This document shows, piece after piece, positions 10,353-20,487 of a DNA stretch of 64,000 nucleotides (its first letter is position 1; every line of letters begins with the position of its first letter). Origin of the DNA: Promethearchaeota archaeon (GTDB lineage: Archaea; Asgardarchaeota; Lokiarchaeia; Sigyniarchaeales; SOKP01). The stretch is taken from contig JAEOUA010000006.1 of the NCBI GenBank assembly GCA_016839555.1, positions 288,001-352,000 on the forward strand, written 5' to 3'. Both the position numbers and the translations under genes were made by a program. The notes below the pieces were generated by a model. It saw only the letters and a program-made list of their open reading frames with translations, had not been told where the DNA came from and searched no databases.

Positions 10353-10598
10353 AATTTAAGTTCTTTAGTTAGTAAATTATTCATAGATATATAGTTAAAA
10401 GTTTTAAATTAATTAATTCTTATGAGTTCATATTGGAGCTCTTTATGATACTATAGATGGTAAATAATAAAATAAAGTAATTAATAAAAAACTCTAAATA
10501 TCAACCAAAGAGTCAAAAAGATATAATTTTTTATGTTTATTGTATTTATTCAACTAAAAAATATAAGTTAATTCAATTTTTAAGGGAGAGAGAAATTT

Positions 10599-10982
10599 AT
10601 GAAATTGGATCATTTTGCTATTTCTTCAAATTCTGAGCAGGAAGCAGAGAATTTTTTTTCAAATCTATTAGGATTGGAAAAAACTAGATCCTTTTCTGTG
10701 CCTGCTGATTTAATGGAACAATTTTTTGGTATTAAAAAAGAGCAGAAAATCTTAAGGTTTGAAGGGAGTGATATTGCTGCAGAGGTGTTTATTAATAAAG
10801 AAAAAAGCAAAAATACTGATATTTTCACACATATTTGCTTAGTTATAGAAAATAGAGATGAATTAATACAAAACGCTAATAAAATGGGATTCCCAGTCAT
10901 AAAAGTCCCTCGAAAGAATGCAGATTCCTATTATTTGTTTTTAAAAGATTCTTTTGGCAATATTTATGAGATAAAAGAATAA
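10599..10982 (+). CDS. VOC/glyoxalase family protein
   Basis: LDHFAI, THICL, FLKDSFGNIYEI. Confidence 0.85.
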   Translation: MKLDHFAISSNSEQEAENFFSNLLGLEKTRSFSVPADLMEQFFGIKKEQKILRFEGSDIAAEVFINKEKSKNTDIFTHICLVIENRDELIQNANKMGFPVIKVPRKNADSYYLFLKDSFGNIYEIKE

Positions 10983-11076
10983 GAATATATACGTATATTA
11001 CTATGTTTTTTTTAAAAACCTGTTTCATTACTTCTTAGAAAATATTTTCAAAAAATAGTTTAGAAGGTGAAAATAA

Positions 11077-11886
11077 ATTTCCCACTCGTTTAAATATAAA
11101 ATATTATTAGGTGGGATAAACGATCCAAAGAAATTTCCTATTTTCGCTGATTCTAAATTTGATAAAAATGATTTTTTTAATATTGGTATCTCTTTAAACT
11201 CCTTAGAATGCTACAGTAATTTTGGGGATTTATATTTATTCATTTTTTGGCATATTAACCTTAAAGAAGAGCGATTCAAATTTCTGATACCTTCATTCTT
11301 CGTCGGTTCCAAGGCTGCAATCTTATGTATAGATAAATCGAATTATGATTCTTTAGAACAAGTGAATCATTTCATAAAAATCATTAAAGAAAGAGAGGAG
11401 GATATTTCAATCTTTATTTTGAGCTTTCAATCGAAACAATCTTATAAAGAAGTCTTTGAACAAGATATATTAGATCTAATTGAAAAATACAATATTAGGA
11501 GATATTATTCAAATAAATTTGAAAATGAAAAAGAGAAATTGAACTATATACAAAAAAAGAAATTTTTTACATTTTTAATTAAAGAATTGAGTAGAAATAA
11601 AGAATGGCAAGATCGAAATCTTTCAATTATATTTCCTACAGAGGTAGAAGATTATCAAGAATTTAGAAATTCCTACAATATTTGTCCCATTTGTAAAAAT
11701 AAAAATCATCCTGAAAGTTTAAAAAATTTCTATTTCAGTAAACAACACGACCTAATGATCTTGCGAGATAAATTTTTAAAACTTCAAGAGATATTGAAAG
11801 ATAAGTTAAAAGATTTAAATATAAATCTTGGAATTCCATGCTGTAATTGTTATAAAATACTTCTTGGTAATAAGAAATCTACATAA
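11077..11886 (+). CDS. Degenerate Rab-like (pseudo)GTPase domain fused to a C-terminal zinc-binding domain; probable ATT start
   Basis: The frame is open for 95 codons upstream of the called GTG(11362): FKYKILLGG...FWHINLKEERFKFLIPSFFVGSKAAILCIDKSNYDSLEQV. C-terminal CPIC..CCNC. GGTGA at 11066-11070. Confidence 0.72.
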   Translation: MSHSFKYKILLGGINDPKKFPIFADSKFDKNDFFNIGISLNSLECYSNFGDLYLFIFWHINLKEERFKFLIPSFFVGSKAAILCIDKSNYDSLEQVNHFIKIIKEREEDISIFILSFQSKQSYKEVFEQDILDLIEKYNIRRYYSNKFENEKEKLNYIQKKKFFTFLIKELSRNKEWQDRNLSIIFPTEVEDYQEFRNSYNICPICKNKNHPESLKNFYFSKQHDLMILRDKFLKLQEILKDKLKDLNINLGIPCCNCYKILLGNKKST

Positions 11887-11921
11887 ATTTTTCTTATTAA
11901 AAATAATAAACTACTATAAGA

Positions 11922-12341
11922 TCATTTTTTAATTAGTTTAACTCCTTTTTTTAAGATCTTATAATGGTCAAACGCGTATTTTTTTGAGAATAATTCTTCA
12001 ATCGATATAATTTCTAAGGAGGCGGCATCATCTTTTGCGAGAGGTTTTTCTTTTTTAGTTGCCGGCTCGCATAAAAAAGCAATACTTACAGTATGCCCTC
12101 TTGGATCTCTTTCTGGATCGGAATATACTCCAATTAATTCTTTTATCTTTACCTTTATATTAGTTTCTTCTTTTGCTTCGCGTATACATGCTTGTTCAAC
12201 TGTTTCACCAATATCAACGAATCCTCCTGGAAGGGCTAATTGTCCCTGAAAGGGGGGGTTCTTTCTTCTTATAAGAACAATTTTAGAATTATATAAGATC
12301 ACTGCATCTACTGTTAAAAGGGGTGTCTCAGGTTTGCTCAA
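11922..12341 (-). CDS. NUDIX hydrolase (ADP-ribose pyrophosphatase-like)
   Basis: Nudix box GGFVDIGETVEQACIREAKEET; DPERDPRGH. Confidence 0.92.
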   Translation of the reverse strand: MSKPETPLLTVDAVILYNSKIVLIRRKNPPFQGQLALPGGFVDIGETVEQACIREAKEETNIKVKIKELIGVYSDPERDPRGHTVSIAFLCEPATKKEKPLAKDDAASLEIISIEELFSKKYAFDHYKILKKGVKLIKK

Positions 12342-12449
12342 AGTAAAAGAATAGCTCGTAATTATTTTTTATAATTATATAATAATAAAAGAACCTAAAA
12401 ATTTAATACTCTATGAAATAATAAAATGAATCTTATAATTTTACTCAAA

Positions 12450-15407
12450 TTATGGTTTTATAACTTTCCTCTTAATATATGCCTTTATCTCCTTAAATTC
12501 TATGTCTTTTCTTCCGATAAATCCTTGCCCATAATAATTAGGACCGCCTCCTTTACCATCAAAATGTGTGACACTGTCCTTAATTAAATTTCCAAGATGT
12601 AATTTCGATTCTTTTTCAATTTTATTTCCCATCATACCCATTATTAGATATCCTTCATCTGTTTGGTTAATTAAGATACTTATTGCGTTTTCTGCTTTTT
12701 TTACGATATTTTGATTAATATTTTTCAGATCCTCTTGGGAAAGAGCATTAAAACTCTCAATTATTAACTTAAAATCGGGAAAAGATTCTGCTTTTGAAAT
12801 AAGCTTATTAATATAATCATCGCTAAGCAATTTTTTCATTCTATCTAATTTTTCTTTACCCTCAACCCATTCATAATAGAATTGTTTAACCTTTTTTAGG
12901 ATATTCTCCTTTTTAATATTTAAAAAGTCAGAAAGCTTAGATAAAATATCTCCTTTAAATTCTTCAGTAGAGTCTAAAAATAAATCTTTTTTATCAACCT
13001 CTCCTGTTGCTAATGCTTTATTTATATTTTTCCATTTTTCGAATAATTCTTTAACTCTTCCTACTATTTGAGATTTATCTACCTTTAAAAAAGATTCAAG
13101 CTTTTCAATAATTTCCTCATTTTTTTTGGCAATTTTCTTGGATGCTTTTCCTGCGGTAAATGTTAATCGTACCACGCCATCTTGAATTTTTTGGGACTTT
13201 AGAATATTTATGTAGCCTGCTTCAGAGGTATTATTCAGATGAGTCCCTCCACAGGCTTCTACTTCTATTCCAGGAATTTCTACAATCCGTATTTCAGTTC
13301 CTGGAACAGCGCCTCCTTGATAAATATTCATACCAAATTTTTGCTCCGCAACTGCTCGTGGCATGAAACTGAGATTCAAATCAATTTGTGCATTTACTAT
13401 TTTATTAGCTTTTTCTTCAATTTCTTCTAACTGTTTATTAGTGATTTGTTCATAATGCGTAATATCTAAATGGGAATTCTTAAGCGTTTTTTTTGCTCCA
13501 GCTTGATTCACATGATGTCCTAATACTTCTCGAGCTGCAGCATTAACGATATGGGTTGCAGTATGATGTTGAGATAATTGTTTTCTCCAATACTCATCCA
13601 CTTTAACAATTACAATATCACCCTCTTTAAAGTTTGGTTTCTCGTCTAGAACATGGATAACATAATTACCTTGTTTAAATGCATCGTTGAATTTTTGCCC
13701 ATTTATAGTTCCTACATCATGTAGCTGACCACCAGAAGTCGGATAAACTACAGATTTGTTTAAAATTACCTTAGAATCAAAAATTTTAAGAACTTTGGCT
13801 TTATTTTCCAATTTCGTGTAGTCATTATAATATAATGATTTTGTTTGAGGAATACCTTCTAAATTTAATTGTATTTCTTTTTCCGTAGTATATTGCTGTT
13901 CTTGTTGCTCATGACGTTGTACTACCAGATTATAAAAATTATCGGGAATTTTTATATTAAGATTATACTTCTTTGCCGCCTCTTTCACCATATCCGGACT
14001 AATTCCATTGGAATCATACATTTCAATTAATGTCTCTGTATCTATCTTGCCTGTTTTTAATTTCTTATCTAATATTTTTGCAGCTTTTTTCTTGGTTTTA
14101 TAATACTTTTCCCGTTCCACATCTAATATTTTTCGTATTTCATCTAAGTTTTCAGAAACTTCTGGAAATAATTCTTTTAATTCTTCCGCATGCCATTCGC
14201 ATACATCCGCCATATCAATAGCCCATCCGAATTTATCAAGAAAACCAATGGCTCGCCGAAAAATTACCCTTAAATTATAGCCTCCTCCTACATTTGAAGG
14301 AAGTTTTCCGTCATGTATAGCAAACAAAAGACTTCGGGCATGTTCTGCAACAGAATAGAGTCCTGTCATGGGCATAATAATATTTCGTAATCTTTCTACT
14401 TCAATATTTAATTCATTTGCAACCCGCTGCCATGCAGCATCCAAATTTTCTACCTCATCGGTATTTAAATACGCAGCATATTTCGAAAATTTATTATATA
14501 ATTCTAAATCTAATTTAATTTTTGTTATTTCTCGGAGTTTAGATAGGACGTAAGGAAATACCGCCTCATACATATTAGGAGTGCCTTGGGAGACCCACGC
14601 AACTCTCTCCTGGCCTAATCCCATATCCAACACTTTTAATTTTAATTCTTGAGGACCTTTTGGAGTTTGCTCAAACATGGTATAGACTTGGTTGAATAAC
14701 TCAACACCTCTACTGAAAAATTCGAGACTACATCCGAATGACCCCCCACCAGCCCATGAATCCTCATGAATAGTGATTTCATCTTTAGATAACCCCACAC
14801 CAATCGTAATAAAATCATGCATATCTAAAAAGAGCTGCCCTTGATCCCACTCTTCGGGGGGAACAAAGGTATGTTGCCCGATCATAACAAAACCTGAAGC
14901 ATGAGAGCCAGTTATACCTACATTTTCCACATCATTGAACCTCAAACAAAATTGTGGAATTAAGAGTTTTTTTGCTGGTGGCTCTTCTTCCCCAGTTATT
15001 ACATAGGGTTGGAATGCCGATATTGAGGCTATTGTGAATTCAGATGTAGGATTCCATCTCGCAACGCAAGGATAACGATTGATTGGAACATAACCTCTGG
15101 GTTCCAGGATTTCTACGATTTTTTTCCATACACCAATATATGATAATTTTTCTTTCGAGGGATTATCAATAACCACTTGAAATCCTCCAGAACACACCGG
15201 ATCACCGCAAAAATTTCTGTCTTTATGTGTGGTCCAAAAAAAAGTGCCGCAATGTTTACATTGTTTTCTCATATAGCCTAAACTCCTTAGTTCTTTCGTT
15301 GGAAAATATTGATCTGGATTTTTAGAGGCAATTTTTTTAAATTTTGTTTTCAATTGCTTATCTGTGCGACTATCTTTGAGTAATTCTATTTCATCTGCAG
15401 AGAGCAT
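12450..15407 (-). CDS. alaS: Alanine--tRNA ligase, archaeal type
   Basis: FTIASI, DMGLGQER, GGGYNLR, editing-domain HTATH and CGGTH, C-terminal GKGGG. Confidence 0.96.
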   Translation of the reverse strand: MLSADEIELLKDSRTDKQLKTKFKKIASKNPDQYFPTKELRSLGYMRKQCKHCGTFFWTTHKDRNFCGDPVCSGGFQVVIDNPSKEKLSYIGVWKKIVEILEPRGYVPINRYPCVARWNPTSEFTIASISAFQPYVITGEEEPPAKKLLIPQFCLRFNDVENVGITGSHASGFVMIGQHTFVPPEEWDQGQLFLDMHDFITIGVGLSKDEITIHEDSWAGGGSFGCSLEFFSRGVELFNQVYTMFEQTPKGPQELKLKVLDMGLGQERVAWVSQGTPNMYEAVFPYVLSKLREITKIKLDLELYNKFSKYAAYLNTDEVENLDAAWQRVANELNIEVERLRNIIMPMTGLYSVAEHARSLLFAIHDGKLPSNVGGGYNLRVIFRRAIGFLDKFGWAIDMADVCEWHAEELKELFPEVSENLDEIRKILDVEREKYYKTKKKAAKILDKKLKTGKIDTETLIEMYDSNGISPDMVKEAAKKYNLNIKIPDNFYNLVVQRHEQQEQQYTTEKEIQLNLEGIPQTKSLYYNDYTKLENKAKVLKIFDSKVILNKSVVYPTSGGQLHDVGTINGQKFNDAFKQGNYVIHVLDEKPNFKEGDIVIVKVDEYWRKQLSQHHTATHIVNAAAREVLGHHVNQAGAKKTLKNSHLDITHYEQITNKQLEEIEEKANKIVNAQIDLNLSFMPRAVAEQKFGMNIYQGGAVPGTEIRIVEIPGIEVEACGGTHLNNTSEAGYINILKSQKIQDGVVRLTFTAGKASKKIAKKNEEIIEKLESFLKVDKSQIVGRVKELFEKWKNINKALATGEVDKKDLFLDSTEEFKGDILSKLSDFLNIKKENILKKVKQFYYEWVEGKEKLDRMKKLLSDDYINKLISKAESFPDFKLIIESFNALSQEDLKNINQNIVKKAENAISILINQTDEGYLIMGMMGNKIEKESKLHLGNLIKDSVTHFDGKGGGPNYYGQGFIGRKDIEFKEIKAYIKRKVIKP

Positions 15408-15547
15408 TTTTAGTGGATCAATAATACTAGTTTAAATCAATTATTTAATAAAAAAAAGGTATGATTTCCTAAAACTTTTTCTTTAAGTTTTTATTAGAAA
15501 TTTCAAATTATCCAATATTTTCCAAATTTTAGGACTCTTAATCGTTC

Positions 15548-16000
15548 TTAAAGGTCTATAGATTGAAATCGAGAATACCCTTCTTTAACAAAATCATAAT
15601 CCAGAAATTCAATTTTTTCAGGGATTATTTTTAAAATTAAGTCTCGCTTTCCTCGTACTATTCTTTGAGCTTTTTGAAATTCAGCATCTCCTTTCTCAAG
15701 AAAAATTAATCGTTGGGTACCTGTGGCTGTTATTTGCATACCTTGAATCTTTCCCGTGTCTAATGGAGTATAGATTCCGATGCTAATAATCGGATTTTCT
15801 TTAATATTATTGACTTTTCGACCAGGAGATGGTCCCACATAAATATTATAATTAGATGCATTTTTTTCTATATAAAAATCCATAGGAGTTGCTCGGGGAA
15901 TATTATTTTTATCACTTGTACAGAGCACTAGCACCTTTCTTTTGCTAAGAAATTGCCGAATCTCTTGTTCCAATTTTTCTCTTGGCATCTTTTTTTTCAT
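15548..16000 (-). CDS. Pyridoxamine 5'-phosphate oxidase-like split-barrel protein
   Basis: VLCT..NIPRATP..KVNNIKENP.ISIGI. Confidence 0.78.
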   Translation of the reverse strand: MKKKMPREKLEQEIRQFLSKRKVLVLCTSDKNNIPRATPMDFYIEKNASNYNIYVGPSPGRKVNNIKENPIISIGIYTPLDTGKIQGMQITATGTQRLIFLEKGDAEFQKAQRIVRGKRDLILKIIPEKIEFLDYDFVKEGYSRFQSIDL

Positions 16001-16108
16001 ATTGAATCAATGATATAAATGAAAAACAGAATTAAAAGTTCTATAATCTTTGCCAAAAGGAGAGTATTAGAAAAATAAGTTTTATGAGAAAAATGTAGAA
16101 TCAAAATA

Positions 16109-17275
16109 TTACTTCTTTATCATTAAATCATTAAATAATTTATCGTCATTATCCAGAGCTGCTCGGATATAAGGCGAGATAGGACCCCTCCCAAGCGCCA
16201 TTATTCTTATTTTTCGTCCAAATTCAGGATCCATCGCAGCACCTACCTTTAATTGTACTTTAGTAGGGAGTTCATTTGAAATGGATGAAATTATCTTATC
16301 CATTTTAAAGAGTGTCAATTTATGACTCCCTGTGACAGAAATTAGGCAATTATCGACTTGTTGGGTGTCTAATTCCAATAATGGATTATGGATGGCCAAT
16401 TTTGATTTTTTTGTTAAATCTTGTTCATTTCCAAGAGATTCAGTTATTCCAATCAAACCAGAAGGATATTTTTTGTTTTTTTCGAAAATTTTTCTGACAT
16501 CAGCAAAATCTATATTAATGAGCCCACAATTATTAATTAAATTCACCACTTCCCGGATGCTTCGAATTAAGATTTCATCCATTAATTTAAATCCAATCAA
16601 TATTGGAATGTTTGGAGCTATTTTCACCAAATTATTATTGGGTAAAGTAATGATACTATCAGAAAATTTTGCGAGATTTTTGAGACCTCCCATCGCCCTC
16701 CCGCTTCTTTCAATGCCCTCCGAATTAAAAGGAATAGTACAAAAAGAAACAACAATAGACCCCTTATTTTTAGCTTCTCTAGCAATGATAGGTGCTGCGC
16801 CGGTACCTGTGCCCCCGCCTAACCCACATGTTATGAAGGTAATATCAGATTCTAAAGATTGCGCAATTCTTTTTGAATCTTCTTCCGCTGCTTCCGCCCC
16901 GACACAAGGATTATTTCCAGACCCAAGACCGTTACAAGTTTCCTTTCCTATTAATATTTTCTTATCAGAATTAGAATAATATAAATCATGAGCATCTGTA
17001 TTTATATTCAAGGTTTCAGTACCATTCAGCTCCATCTCTTGGAGTCTTGAAACCGTATTATTACCCGAACCCCCTACTCCAATTACTGTGGATTTTATTC
17101 TTAACACATTGAGTAGATCTGCTAAATAATCATCATTATCATAGTTTTGATCCTGAGTATTCAACTGTTTATTAGCTTGAGAAAGCTGTTTAAAACGTGA
17201 TCTCACTGATGAATCAATTTTTAAATGATTTGGAAGTAATTTTATATTATCATCGGGATTAAACATATTAATCAC
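16109..17275 (-). CDS. ftsZ: Cell division protein FtsZ (divergent, FtsZ1-like N-terminus)
   Basis: GVGGSGNN, NTD, GLGSGNNP, GLGGGTGTG, GLINIDFADV. Confidence 0.92.
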   Translation of the reverse strand: MINMFNPDDNIKLLPNHLKIDSSVRSRFKQLSQANKQLNTQDQNYDNDDYLADLLNVLRIKSTVIGVGGSGNNTVSRLQEMELNGTETLNINTDAHDLYYSNSDKKILIGKETCNGLGSGNNPCVGAEAAEEDSKRIAQSLESDITFITCGLGGGTGTGAAPIIAREAKNKGSIVVSFCTIPFNSEGIERSGRAMGGLKNLAKFSDSIITLPNNNLVKIAPNIPILIGFKLMDEILIRSIREVVNLINNCGLINIDFADVRKIFEKNKKYPSGLIGITESLGNEQDLTKKSKLAIHNPLLELDTQQVDNCLISVTGSHKLTLFKMDKIISSISNELPTKVQLKVGAAMDPEFGRKIRIMALGRGPISPYIRAALDNDDKLFNDLMIKK

Positions 17276-17476
17276 TTTATTTGAAATTTTGAGATATATT
17301 CTATATTACCAGAAAGAATATCCTAATAATATTTTCAAATAATATGCTCATAATATGTTTTAATAATTAGTTAGTTTCTAGGATTTAGTTTTTCTTTGAT
17401 TAATGTTTCGATAGATTTTTAAATATGCGTATCTATTCATTATAATGACTTAAAATACTAAAGGAGAGAAAAATAA

Positions 17477-18112
17477 ATGAATCTTGCTCAAATAAGGGAT
17501 GACTTAGAGGGTGCTTGGTGGCATTATATCCGAGTTAATGATTTTAGTTTCTTGCAAACGATTCCCGATCTGAGCGATTTACAAATGAACGAGGGAGATA
17601 TTTTAATCCATAAGCAGATTAAGGAAGGTGAGCGATTTCCTACCATAAGGTATCATCTAATTAAAAACAAAAAATCATTAATCATAGAAAATGAGGAAGT
17701 AAAAGAAATATTAGCTAATAAATTAGTAGAGTATGTAAAAAAAAATAAATCATTACCCTTTGCGTGTAAGGTGGTAAAATTTTTTAAGAATGGCAACGCT
17801 CAAGTTAATTATTCTCCTACACAATATGATAATTTTGCCCTTAAAATTAACCCGAAAGCACATAAAGTGGAAAATTTGCAAAGCTTTTTTGAGGGATTAA
17901 AAAGCGATCCAAATCCTATAAAGCCAATTAAAACCGAAAAGGAACCACCATTATTTAAAGATCAATGGATTATCAGAAGTTCGGCAGATGAGAATAAAAC
18001 ATATATAGTCACTAAAAATAAAGATGGAAGTTTTTCATGTACCTGCCCTCATCATGTTTTTCGTAAAGCTGAATGTAAGCACATAAAGCAAGTTAAGAAG
18101 TCTCTTTCTTAA
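17477..18112 (+). CDS. Protein with C-terminal SWIM zinc finger
   Basis: YIV..FSCTCPH..CKHI. Confidence 0.8.
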   Translation: MNLAQIRDDLEGAWWHYIRVNDFSFLQTIPDLSDLQMNEGDILIHKQIKEGERFPTIRYHLIKNKKSLIIENEEVKEILANKLVEYVKKNKSLPFACKVVKFFKNGNAQVNYSPTQYDNFALKINPKAHKVENLQSFFEGLKSDPNPIKPIKTEKEPPLFKDQWIIRSSADENKTYIVTKNKDGSFSCTCPHHVFRKAECKHIKQVKKSLS

Positions 18113-18325
18113 AGTGTTTTCATAAATTTTAAGAAAATTTCTCTGATTATAAAAAGTATTTAGATGATTCTTTCGATCTACTTTCTATATTTGTAAGTAT
18201 TGTATTATTTGATTCTTGAATAATCCAATAGCAAAATTTACTTTTTTCAAGTGAAAAGAAGGAGAAAAATACATTTATTAAAGTAGATTTAGATCTAAAT
18301 AATATAACATAATAATATTGAACAT

Positions 18326-18568
18326 ATGGAAACAGAAAACCTTCAGCAAGAGAGCGGAACTATTACAAATGAGCTCATAGAGCCTGGAAAAAATATTAAA
18401 GTGCGTGCAATTATGAGTTGTCCTAACTGTAGTTATAGAAAGAGCTTTAAAAATACATTTCATCGCAGTGACATAGAAACGATGGTGGTAAGTCTTAAAG
18501 TGTTCGATTGGTTAAGTTGCCCCTCTTGTGGGGAAATGCTCAAAATGACTCTAGAATTTGAGATATAA
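18326..18568 (+). CDS. Small zinc-ribbon protein
   Basis: CPNC...CPSCG. Confidence 0.72.
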   Translation: METENLQQESGTITNELIEPGKNIKVRAIMSCPNCSYRKSFKNTFHRSDIETMVVSLKVFDWLSCPSCGEMLKMTLEFEI

Positions 18569-18724
18569 CTGCTTTTTTTGCTTCTTATTTAATAAACTTC
18601 TAAATTTTCATCTATTTTAATCAAAAATACCCAATATTCAATGAATCTCTAAGTTTTGATAAAAAGAGACAAAAAAAAATATTTTATTAGTTTTTCAAAT
18701 TTTCCCAATCTAATTTATTCAATT

Positions 18725-19108
18725 CTATTTGTAATTTATTGAAAACTCGAGAAAAAGAATTCCAAAGATAAGATCAACGATTGTTAATGAGAATGCTATG
18801 AATTTAATATCACCTAATAAGAGATATATCAAGAAAATAACAAAAACACCAAATTTCTCCACAACATAAATATTGGCGAGTTTCTGATACTTTTCTATAT
18901 TTCTACTGGTTAGATAAAAAAGTAAACCAAAGAGAAAGACAAAAAAGAAAAAAGAATAAGCCCATATAAAGCTAGGAGGCAATGCTGTAATGAATAACGT
19001 AGCAGAATTTGGTGACACAATCAAAACAAGCACAAATACAATACCTATAATGAGATTCCATAAAGCCGCAATTAAAAACAAGTATTTATAATAAGTGTTT
19101 TTTTCCAT
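18725..19108 (-). CDS. Small four-helix membrane protein
   Basis: Four hydrophobic segments; AALWN, EK and DLIFG motifs. Confidence 0.7.
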   Translation of the reverse strand: MEKNTYYKYLFLIAALWNLIIGIVFVLVLIVSPNSATLFITALPPSFIWAYSFFFFVFLFGLLFYLTSRNIEKYQKLANIYVVEKFGVFVIFLIYLLLGDIKFIAFSLTIVDLIFGILFLEFSINYK

Positions 19109-19173
19109 ACATTTTACCTTTTTCTAAATTTTTGTAATAAAGATAAAAATATTACCATGTTATAAAAATTTTT

Positions 19174-20487
19174 TTATTCAAGATCTAATTCTATATTCCC
19201 GTAAGTGCCTCCTCCTCCTGGAGTATATTTTATTTCATTATTTCTAAGTGCCTGAATAACGCTACCGATGCTTTCATTATACTTTTTTATATTCTCTATA
19301 GAATGGTTTAATAGAATTTCATATTCTGTTCCTAACTTCTCTATAATCTTATTATAAGCATTCACAACCGTTTTACTATTTTTAGATTTAATACCTTCTA
19401 TAGAGCGAATGATATCGATTAAAGGAACGGCATTTATATAGGGAGGTCTATGAGGAGGATGTTTCGGTTCTTTATAAGTGGATATATCATCGATACGTTC
19501 GCTTACTCCGAGCTTTATCTTATAATTGTTTCCTGTTTTATCTTTACAGGCAGGGCATATCATTTTTTTTTTGGCAACATCTTTTATATAGGCATTTTTA
19601 GCACTTATAGGATCTTTTTCAAAAAAGATAATAAAATTTTCGGTGATAGAATATTGACTAAAGTTTATTCCAAAACTTTTTGAAGTCTTTTTAAATAAAA
19701 CTCTTCTGCGACATTTGCTACAAAACATGTTATAATATTTACCCAATTTTGGATGGAGCCCCACGTTGAGGCTAATTTTTCTTCCGTCTTTTCTTTTTAA
19801 CGCTAATAAAATTTCTTCAAAGGAGGGGTTTTCAATATAAAATTTATTAAATTCTCTCCCGAGAGAATAAGGTTTTTGCGAATGTGCATCACTATTACTT
19901 AAAAAACTAAAATTTTCCAGAGTCTTTAATCTGTCTGCTAAATCTGTATTAGCAGATAATCCTAATTCGACAAAATCAATTTTATCTACTGCACCTTGAT
20001 AACATTCTTCCATAGTTCTATATCTATTTTGCCGAAAAATTGCCTTAAATGGAGTGAAAGCGTGCGCCGGACCCATTACGCCCCCAATATCAGTTATTAT
20101 ATCTGCTAATTCTGGGGGAGAGAGATTCACCCGTGGTCTTCCTCCCCACTCCCCTAAAATATTTTTTGAATGAGGTTTTAATTTTTCTTGAATTTCTCGT
20201 ACAACTTCGAAATTTGGAAAAAACACTATATGATGGATGTTTTTTTCATCCTCTATTTCGCTCTGAAGTATAAAAAAAATGTCATTATAAGAATACACAC
20301 TATTGTTATTCTTTTCTAAATGATCTTCCATATATTTCAACCATTCCGGTTGGAGGATATCACCTGTACCTAAGATATTTAATCCTTTCTTTTTGCAAGT
20401 TTTTTCCATAGAATCCAAATTTAATGACTGTGAAACCGCTATCGAATGAGGCGAATGGATATGCAAATCAGCATAATAATACTTCAA
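19174..20487 (-). CDS. Endonuclease Q family PHP-domain nuclease
   Basis: ADLHIHS, GTGD, PAHAFTP, ELGLSA, SNSDAHS, LGRE, GKY..CxxC, CPxC, GVSERI, PGGGGTYG. Confidence 0.9.
   Translation of the reverse strand: MKYYYADLHIHSPHSIAVSQSLNLDSMEKTCKKKGLNILGTGDILQPEWLKYMEDHLEKNNNSVYSYNDIFFILQSEIEDEKNIHHIVFFPNFEVVREIQEKLKPHSKNILGEWGGRPRVNLSPPELADIITDIGGVMGPAHAFTPFKAIFRQNRYRTMEECYQGAVDKIDFVELGLSANTDLADRLKTLENFSFLSNSDAHSQKPYSLGREFNKFYIENPSFEEILLALKRKDGRKISLNVGLHPKLGKYYNMFCSKCRRRVLFKKTSKSFGINFSQYSITENFIIFFEKDPISAKNAYIKDVAKKKMICPACKDKTGNNYKIKLGVSERIDDISTYKEPKHPPHRPPYINAVPLIDIIRSIEGIKSKNSKTVVNAYNKIIEKLGTEYEILLNHSIENIKKYNESIGSVIQALRNNEIKYTPGGGGTYGNIELDLE

Noticed and set aside
16332-16979. 215-aa ORF antisense to ftsZ
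   Set aside because: Mirror frame of a conserved gene; no recognisable domain.
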